IMG/VR virus record: IMGVR_UViG_2974750029_000001
Location: 1,219-65,218 of that record
DNA from: a virus
Lineage: Duplodnaviria > Caudoviricetes
Strand: one strand, 5' to 3'
Length of the DNA: 64,000 bases
Made by a program: the position numbers and the translations under genes. The notes beneath the pieces were generated by a model. The model made no database searches. It had not been told where the DNA came from and saw nothing but the letters and a program-made list of their open reading frames with translations. This document shows, one piece after another, positions 57,860 through 64,000 of this stretch (position 1 is the first letter of the stretch; each line of letters opens with the position of its first letter).

Positions 57860-58479
57860 CCAACCTCACCCCCGGCGACGGTGTCGAGATCGACGACGCG
57901 ACCGTCGAGATCTCGCGCGGATTGTGCGCAGCCTTCCCCGACGTCTCCGCGGCCGACGTCGTCGAGAACCTCGCCGCGATGAGTCACGGGTACCTACTCG
58001 CGTTGCTCTGGACACAACAAACCGGCGACGGCGCCGACCTCGACGACCGGACGCTACTCGACGCCGGTTGGACCGTCGACGACGTCGACACGGCGACGCG
58101 CGAACGGGTCACGCGCGAGCTACGCGAGGTCGTCGAGACGCACCCGCTCGCCGTCCGTATGTACGGCGCGCAGCGGCGACACAACGCGGCCGACGGTTCG
58201 GTGTGGGAACACTTCGGACATGACTTGCTGCTCACCCGCGACCAACACGGCGCGGGGTTTTGGGACCGCGGTCTAGGCGATCTCGGCGACTACCTCACCG
58301 CGGTGGCCGACGGGTACGGCGAGCACGACGAGCTGTATCCCGACACCGTCGGTCCCAACGGTGAGGAACTACTCACCGACGGCGAGGGCCCGACGTGCGA
58401 GCGTCACGGTGGGCCGTGGGGCGGAGACGAGACGTGCGAACTTTGCACCGATGACGACGGCCGGGCCCGGCCGTCCTGA
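57856..58479 (+). CDS. Conserved-looking phage hypothetical protein
   Basis: RBS motif; GHDLLLTRDQHGAGFWDRG motif. Confidence 0.8.
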   Translation: MTNLTPGDGVEIDDATVEISRGLCAAFPDVSAADVVENLAAMSHGYLLALLWTQQTGDGADLDDRTLLDAGWTVDDVDTATRERVTRELREVVETHPLAVRMYGAQRRHNAADGSVWEHFGHDLLLTRDQHGAGFWDRGLGDLGDYLTAVADGYGEHDELYPDTVGPNGEELLTDGEGPTCERHGGPWGGDETCELCTDDDGRARPS

Positions 58480-58512
58480 CACCCTTCCCTCACGCACGAA
58501 AGGATCGACAAA

Positions 58513-59037
58513 ATGACCAACCTCACCCCCGACGGCCGCGACCGGTCGACTCTCACCCGCGCCCGCGAGGTTCTCGCGATCATGCGCGGGGCCGTGACGG
58601 CCGCGCCGGTGCCGATCGGCCGGACGACGTATGTCGGCGAGACCAATCGGGATTATGTCGTCGACGTCGCCGTCGAGTTTCACCAACTCAAGCGCGCCGA
58701 CGGTATCCGGCACCGTATTTACACTCTCTCGCACACGGTTACCGCTGTCGGTTGGGGCCCGGTGCGCGTAGGTAATTCCGTTCGCCTCGACACAACAACC
58801 GGCGAGATATGGCACACCGGCCGCACTCTCGCCGATCACGATCGCTGCGCGACACCGGCGCGCGGGGTCGATCTCGGCGCCGGTTTGTGGCCGTTGCTAC
58901 TGCCCACGGTCGACGCCGTCGCGTCGTGGTGCGAGCGCAGCGCATACGACGTCACCCCGGCGAGCTATCACAGCGGCCGCAAGGTGTGGAAACTCGCGCG
59001 GCCGGTCGACTTGTCACGGTTAGCGTTAACCGGGTAA
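58513..59037 (+). CDS. Hypothetical protein
   Basis: RBS and first codons identical to the previous gene (35-bp repeat). Confidence 0.75.
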   Translation: MTNLTPDGRDRSTLTRAREVLAIMRGAVTAAPVPIGRTTYVGETNRDYVVDVAVEFHQLKRADGIRHRIYTLSHTVTAVGWGPVRVGNSVRLDTTTGEIWHTGRTLADHDRCATPARGVDLGAGLWPLLLPTVDAVASWCERSAYDVTPASYHSGRKVWKLARPVDLSRLALTG

Positions 59038-59040
59038 CGT
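59011..59040 (+). promoter_or_regulatory. Repeated right-arm promoter
   Basis: TTGTCA-18-TAACGT. Confidence 0.75.
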
Positions 59041-59087
59041 CATCGGCACCGGGCCCACACGGGGCCCGCAACCGAAAGGATCGAATC

Positions 59088-59339
59088 ATGTCGAACGTCA
59101 CCCCTATTGCGGCCGTTGCAACACTGCGCGTCGTCGACGTCGAGACCGGTGGTTACCGCTCGCGGTTCGCATTCGCGAGTTTGTCGGCCGCACTGATGAC
59201 GCTGCGCGAGCAGTACGGGCCCGGCGAGGCAGACGTGCTCGACGTCGCGACCGGTGAGGTTTACGACCTCGTCGACGTCGACGATGACGACGTCGACGCG
59301 ATCGACTGGACACCCCCGGCCGCGCCGGTCGCGCTCTGA
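59088..59339 (+). CDS. Small acidic hypothetical protein
   Basis: RBS motif at 59073; 83 aa. Confidence 0.75.
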   Translation: MSNVTPIAAVATLRVVDVETGGYRSRFAFASLSAALMTLREQYGPGEADVLDVATGEVYDLVDVDDDDVDAIDWTPPAAPVAL

Positions 59340-59344
59340 CACCG

Positions 59345-59376
59345 ACGGCCGGGCCCATAGTGGGCCCGGCCGTTTT
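59345..59376 (+). terminator. Intrinsic terminator
   Basis: ACGGCCGGGCCCA / TGGGCCCGGCCGT stem followed by TTTCCTT; a related hairpin lies at 62292-62326. Confidence 0.75.
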
Positions 59377-59407
59377 CCTTCCCCTCCCCTCGAAAGGATC
59401 GACCCTG

Positions 59408-60103
59408 ATGGACCTGCACACCCTCGACGGCCGCGCAGTCGGCCGCGCAACCCTCACCCCCGGCGAGCTATCGGCGATCGCCCGCGACGCGGCGACGCAT
59501 ATCGGCGCAACGATCGACGCGCGAGCTCGCGAGCTGATCGACGCGCAGCGCGCAGCGATCGCCGACCGGGCCCGGCCGAGCGTCGACCCGGCCGACGGTG
59601 GCACCGACGGCGCGGCACCCTCGCGCCGTCGCCGTTGGTGGCCGTGGGTTGCGGGTGTGCTGCTCGCGCTCGCATTGATCGGCGCGATCGCCGACGGCGA
59701 CGATGACGCACCGGCACCCGCGGCCGACGTCGTGCCGATCGGCGCGCCGACGGTCTCCCCGCAACCGATCGACGTACCTCGCACGGTCCCGGCCGATGAC
59801 GGTTCGATCATGGTCGGGGGTGTCGTGGTCGATAACGTGTTCGACGACGGTTCGCCGCTGCGCGAGCGGTTCGCCGGTGTGCTCACCGCATACGGGGTGA
59901 GCGGCACTACCGGCCGATCGCTCGACGCGAACCTTTCCGACGGCGTGACGTTCTGCCAGAACCTCGCGATCGGCGACGCTCTCGCGCAGCGTCATGCGGC
60001 CGTTGTCACCGGCACGGCCGACCGGTCGGCCGCATACGGCATCGGAAAACAACGGCGCGCAATAGTCACCGCGGCACTTTCTACGCTCTGCCCTGCTCTG
60101 TAA
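59408..60103 (+). CDS. Membrane-anchored protein
   Basis: RRRRWWPWVAGVLLALALIGAIA TM segment; C-terminal G..FC...A...LCP resembles DUF732-type domains. Confidence 0.75.
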   Translation: MDLHTLDGRAVGRATLTPGELSAIARDAATHIGATIDARARELIDAQRAAIADRARPSVDPADGGTDGAAPSRRRRWWPWVAGVLLALALIGAIADGDDDAPAPAADVVPIGAPTVSPQPIDVPRTVPADDGSIMVGGVVVDNVFDDGSPLRERFAGVLTAYGVSGTTGRSLDANLSDGVTFCQNLAIGDALAQRHAAVVTGTADRSAAYGIGKQRRAIVTAALSTLCPAL

Positions 60104-60129
60104 ACCTCACTCACGTAAAGGATCTCGAC

Positions 60130-60651
60130 ATGCACACCTCCCCGAACGGCACCCGGTATCTCACCCTCGACGACGTCACCGCGGTGATGCCCAACGGCGA
60201 CGCACCCCGGCCGCGCAGCGCGAGCGGGTACGGCGAGGTCGCTACGCGGCACCGGGTGCGCTGCGCCGTCGGCGACGACGCGCGGATCCTCACCCGGCGC
60301 GTCTACGTTCTGGCCTATGGCAACTCCGGTAGTTCGTTCGTCTACGGCACGGTGTCCGGCGAGCGTCAGCGGTTCTACCTCGACACCGTCACCGACCACA
60401 CCTTGAGAGATCTCGCCGCGGCCGGTGTCACCTGGGGCCCGATTACCAACCTCGACGTGCGCGACGCGCGAGATCTCGACACTCGCGCCGGTGGTGTCCA
60501 CGGCGACGGGTACGCGCAGCGGTTGCGTTTCGACGGGTCACCGCGGGGACCGCTGTACGTCCACACGACGTCTCGGCCGGACGACGTCGGCCGACCGACG
60601 CGCGAGGGTCGACTGTTCATCGCTCGCCGCGCGCACGACGTCGGCGCGTAG
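60130..60651 (+). CDS. Conserved-looking phage hypothetical protein
   Basis: AAAGGATC RBS; SASGYG and RRVY...YGNSGS motifs. Confidence 0.8.
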   Translation: MHTSPNGTRYLTLDDVTAVMPNGDAPRPRSASGYGEVATRHRVRCAVGDDARILTRRVYVLAYGNSGSSFVYGTVSGERQRFYLDTVTDHTLRDLAAAGVTWGPITNLDVRDARDLDTRAGGVHGDGYAQRLRFDGSPRGPLYVHTTSRPDDVGRPTREGRLFIARRAHDVGA

Positions 60652-60659
60652 CTCACCCC

Positions 60660-60722
60660 GTAGGGCCCGGCGAGATCTCGCGCCGGGCCCTACTTGTCAC
60701 GGTCGACGTCATGCCGTAACGT
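60660..60722 (+). promoter_or_regulatory. Hairpin plus repeated right-arm promoter
   Basis: 13-bp stem 60660-60672/60681-60693; TTGTCA (60694)-17-TAACGT (60717). Confidence 0.8.
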
Positions 60723-60768
60723 ACTGCGCAGCGGGCCCAACCGGGGCCCACACACGAAAGGCGAGACC

Positions 60769-61134
60769 ATGACTAATCCCGACCACACCACTATCGCGAC
60801 CACCGTCACCGCAGAGCATCGCGCAGCGCACAACCGACTCATGATCAACGATGTGCAAGTGGCGCACGGTCTCGCCGTGGGTGCGCGGGGTGTCGCCGGT
60901 CCGGCCGTCGTCGACGCGCGAGACGCGCACCGCGCCGGATGGTTGATCATCGAATTGACTGCTTACGGTCTCTTCGCGATCGACGCCGACGGCGACAGCA
61001 TCCGCGCGGATTACTCGCCGCAGTCCAACGGCGTCACCTACGCCGCGGTGACGATCGGCGGCCGGTACCGGCAGATCACTCCGCGCAACACGATCACCGT
61101 GCGCGAGCAAGTTCAAAACTTCCTGCGCGGGTAA
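60769..61134 (+). CDS. Hypothetical protein (paralog of the next gene)
   Basis: CGAAAGG RBS; shares AGPAVVDAR, GW.I.EL and SNGVT with 61274-61714. Confidence 0.8.
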   Translation: MTNPDHTTIATTVTAEHRAAHNRLMINDVQVAHGLAVGARGVAGPAVVDARDAHRAGWLIIELTAYGLFAIDADGDSIRADYSPQSNGVTYAAVTIGGRYRQITPRNTITVREQVQNFLRG

Positions 61135-61150
61135 CCCTCGCGAGATCTCC

Positions 61151-61227
61151 AGACACCCCCGGCGACCGGTCGGGGGTGTCTTTTGCTGTCTGCCCTACTT
61201 GTCACGGTCGGCGTCAACGGGTAACGT
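61151..61227 (+). promoter_or_regulatory. Terminator plus promoter unit, copy 1
   Basis: AGACACCCCCG/CGGGGGTGTCT stem plus TTT, then TTGTCA (61199)-17-TAACGT (61222). Confidence 0.85.
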
Positions 61228-61273
61228 CGGTGTCAGCGGGTGAGAGACACCCGCACCACGAAAGGATCGACCG

Positions 61274-61714
61274 ATGCCCTACCGCGCACAGAACCGAAAC
61301 ATGATCGCCGCTGTCCAGGCAACGAAAGGTCTCGCCGCGGGTGCGCGTCTGGCCGCGGGCCCGGCCGTCGTCGACGCTCGTATCGCCGATCGGCACGGAT
61401 GGATCATTGTCGAGTTGTCCCCGTTCGCGCTCACCGTGCGCGACGTGGAAGGATTCGAGGTGCACGCGGAATACTCGACGGCGTCCAACGGCGTCACTCG
61501 CGCCTGGACTCGCAACGGCGAGCGGGTGAACAATATCGCGCGTTCTTCCCACTACACGCTGCGCGAGCGTGTCGTCGACGCGCTCAAGGCGAATACCGAT
61601 CAGTGTTCGCACACGATGACGTGCGATCTCGACTCCCCCGATGCGGCCATGCGCGGTTATGTGCTGCGCTGTGTCGAACCGGCCGGACACGACGGCGCGC
61701 ACGTCTGGCCCTGA
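61274..61714 (+). CDS. Hypothetical protein (paralog of the previous gene)
   Basis: RBS motif; C-terminal C...C...GHDG.H.W motif. Confidence 0.8.
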   Translation: MPYRAQNRNMIAAVQATKGLAAGARLAAGPAVVDARIADRHGWIIVELSPFALTVRDVEGFEVHAEYSTASNGVTRAWTRNGERVNNIARSSHYTLRERVVDALKANTDQCSHTMTCDLDSPDAAMRGYVLRCVEPAGHDGAHVWP

Positions 61715-61727
61715 TCTCCCCCGCATA

Positions 61728-61801
61728 AGACACCCCCGGCGACCGGTCGGGGGTGTCTTTTGCTGCGCGGACTTGTCACGGTCGACGTCATCGCGTAACG
61801 T
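61728..61801 (+). promoter_or_regulatory. Terminator plus promoter unit, copy 2
   Basis: 38 bp identical to 61151-61188, then TTGTCA (61773)-17-TAACGT (61796). Confidence 0.85.
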
Positions 61802-61847
61802 CGGTGCCAGCGCGGCACACGGCCGCGCACGTCGAAAGGATCGAACC

Positions 61848-62285
61848 ATGACACACACCCTCACCCCCGGCACCGTCGCCACCGTCGTCGACTCGCGCGA
61901 GCTGCGCGATCACGTCGTGCGCGTTGTCAGCGTCGACGTCGATAATGAGATCGCTCACGTCGAGATCGACCGGCCGACCGTCGCGCCTGGTCTGCTCACC
62001 GTCGCCGTGCGGTTCGCCGACTTGGTCCCGGCGACCGGGTCGACCAAGATCACGAAACTCACTGCGGCGAACGTCCGCGCGCTGCGCGAGGCTGTCCAGC
62101 ACGGGTTCCTGTCCGGCGTCGAGACCGGCGAGACCGTCGCAACGTTCGTCGGGACACCGGCCGACGCGCTCGCGCGTCTCGACGCGGCGCGTGACGGTCT
62201 CGCGTCGCTGTTCGGCACGCGCGGCCACCCGGTCGCGTCGATTCCGGCCGTGCGCCGTAAGTTGATCGCAGCCGCCGCGCAGTGA
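61848..62285 (+). CDS. Hypothetical protein
   Basis: RBS motif at 61833. Confidence 0.8.
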   Translation: MTHTLTPGTVATVVDSRELRDHVVRVVSVDVDNEIAHVEIDRPTVAPGLLTVAVRFADLVPATGSTKITKLTAANVRALREAVQHGFLSGVETGETVATFVGTPADALARLDAARDGLASLFGTRGHPVASIPAVRRKLIAAAAQ

Positions 62286-62358
62286 CCTACTCGGCCGGGC
62301 CCGCGCGAGTAGCGGGCCCGGCCGTTCTGTCTCCCCACCACACACAAAGGATGAACCG

Positions 62359-62637
62359 ATGACACTTGCAACAACTCTCGCCGCGCTTGCGGCGATGCTG
62401 TCCCCCGTCCACGCACCGGCCGACGTCGGTGTGTACCCGGTCGACTCCCACGGGTGGACCACCACGGCGCCACGACTGTCCGGCACCGGCGAGCTGCTGG
62501 AGGATCAATCGCCGTGGTCCGGCGCGTATGGCGGCGAGCTGATCAACTTCGGCGCGGGGATCGCCTGCTATGCCGACCACACGGCGACCGACGGCGCAGC
62601 GTGGCACATTGTCCAGACATGCGAGCGTCCGGCATGA
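62359..62637 (+). CDS. Hypothetical protein with possible signal peptide
   Basis: AAAGGA RBS; MTLATTLAALAAMLSPVHA N-terminus. Confidence 0.7.
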   Translation: MTLATTLAALAAMLSPVHAPADVGVYPVDSHGWTTTAPRLSGTGELLEDQSPWSGAYGGELINFGAGIACYADHTATDGAAWHIVQTCERPA

Positions 62638-63050
62638 CGCGCGAGGCCTCGCACGTGATCGCGTGCCGGACGTCCGCGAGCGCGACCGGCGTTAACTACT
62701 ACGTCGTCGGGACCAACTCGCGCGACACCCTCGCGGGACCGTTCGGTGAGCGCGCCGACGCCGAGCGCGCGCAGCTCGCGCGAGGAGATCTCGCAACCCG
62801 GCCGTTCGATGACTCCCACGGTCTCTACCGTTCGATGACGAGCGGACACTACAACCGCACCGGACACGCGCTGCGCGCTCACCTCGCGAGCAGTGACGGC
62901 GAGGTGTGGCATATCGTGCGCGAGTGTTGCGGCACGGCCGTCGACAACGCGGCGGCCGACACTTTCCGGTGTCGCCGGTGCGGGGAGTCTCGACGCGAAG
63001 TGATGGGAGACATTCGCCCGGTGTGCGATCGCTGTGTAGCGCGCGCATAG
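62634..63050 (+). CDS. Hypothetical protein with C-terminal CxxC pairs
   Basis: ATGA overlap; CRRCG...VCDRC. Confidence 0.65.
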   Translation: MTREASHVIACRTSASATGVNYYVVGTNSRDTLAGPFGERADAERAQLARGDLATRPFDDSHGLYRSMTSGHYNRTGHALRAHLASSDGEVWHIVRECCGTAVDNAAADTFRCRRCGESRREVMGDIRPVCDRCVARA

Positions 63051-63365
63051 CCTTATCCGGTCCCGGCGCGCCGGTCGACCTAGTCCCGGCCGTTGGTGAA
63101 CCTCACCCCCGATACCTCACGGTGTCGGGGGTGAGGTGCGTTTAGGGCACCCCTCGCGGGGGGGGTGCCACGGGTAGGGGTGCCATACGGCCGCGGTGTG
63201 ATCGGCGCGAGATCTCGCCACACGGCCGCGTGCTGCGCGCCGATTGCGCCGTGGGACCTTGCACCCGGCCGGGGACGTCGCACCTCGCGAGGCGAGCTGT
63301 GAGCGGGCCCTACGGGGTGCCCTAGTGGGTTGTTTTTCGAGCGGGTGTGGCGAGGGTACGGGAGG

Positions 63366-63592
63366 AAAATTGAAAAACTCATAATTCCTCATGAGGAATT
63401 GCATTTTCTTCATATCGAACAATTATTCGATATGTATAAACAATGGGATAGATATATGGCTATGGGTAGGGGTCCTATATAGGGGTGAATATGGCACATA
63501 TACATATATATGTATATTGCATATTATTTATTGGAATAATTATTTGATATTTGAATTATCAATTTGTTTTTGTTTGTGTCAATCATGACAAC
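63366..63592. other. AT-rich island of consecutive palindromes
   Basis: Roughly one quarter GC by eye; perfect palindromes at 63383-63400 and 63498-63517, plus further stems. Confidence 0.9.
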
Positions 63593-63990
63593 TCGTGTGA
63601 GTGACGGGAGAGCGAAGGAGTGAGCAGGGTTGCGGATATGTGCGGCGAGATCGAACGTCGTCGAGCAGGGTGCGCTGCTATTGGAACATCGTCGAGCAGG
63701 GTGCAAAGGGTGCGAAAGTGATCGGGTGCGCAGCGATCGACTCGGCCGCGGCGACCGGGTACGCGGCGAGGGTTGCGAGGGTGCGCCGAACGGGGTGTGC
63801 GTTGCGGCCGCTGTACGCGCCGTGTGCGCGTCGAGATCTCGCCGGGTGTGCCGAGGTGCGAGCGTGCGTTATCGGGTGCGAGCAGCGAAAACAGCGGCAC
63901 GCATGGCCTCGCGGGTGGCGCAGGGGCCCGCACGGCGCGAAGCGTCGGGTGGGGGGTGCCACCCCTCCCCCGGCCGTCTGGCCGGGGGCC

Positions 63991-64000
63991 CGCCGCGTAC
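63991..64000 (+). other. Probable cohesive genome end CGCCGCGTAC
   Basis: Last 10 nt match, from memory, the 3' overhang of Gordonia cluster CR phages; the HNH gene beside the terminase fits cos packaging. Confidence 0.55.

Noticed and set aside
54763-61801. TTGTCA promoters as PafBC (RecA-NDp) damage-inducible promoters
   Set aside because: Spacing to the -10 is 17-18 nt, which is canonical SigA, not the shorter RecA-NDp spacing.
53500-62400. Right-arm repeats as a CRISPR array or integron attC array
   Set aside because: The repeats are promoter, RBS and terminator elements separated by whole genes of variable length; no integrase or attC core was seen.
63391-63588. ORF across the AT-rich island
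   Set aside because: The I/Y/N-rich translation reflects base composition; codon usage is unlike the rest of the genome.

Overview
Nearly complete genome of a high-GC, apparently lytic siphovirus of Actinobacteria. Gene content and order (cutinase-type lysin B left of the terminase, lysin A split into C39-peptidase and GH19 genes, DnaE-type polymerase, RuvC-like, Cas4-like, Sak4-like, two WhiB-like, primase-helicase) resemble Gordonia cluster CR phages as I recall them; no search was run. The window starts inside the first gene and ends in CGCCGCGTAC, which I recall as that group's 3' cos overhang. Layout: 0.1-0.75 kb non-coding nested palindrome; 0.75-9.2 kb small rightward genes; 9.3-36.3 kb virion and lysis genes; 36.3-52.9 kb leftward replication genes; 53-64 kb a distinct rightward module. 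That right arm is the most unusual part: 17 unknown-function genes built as repeated promoter/hairpin/extended-RBS cassettes, whose proteins are almost lysine-free (16 K in about 2,860 aa by hand count). It is bounded on the left by three perfect LexA (SOS) boxes plus repeats and on the right by an AT-rich island of consecutive palindromes. Also notable: a GTTGACGTCAAC palindrome inside promoters genome-wide, a one-base frameshift in a G6 run of a tail gene, and an RNA structure after the major-tail stop codon. No integrase, repressor, tRNA or CRISPR array was seen.
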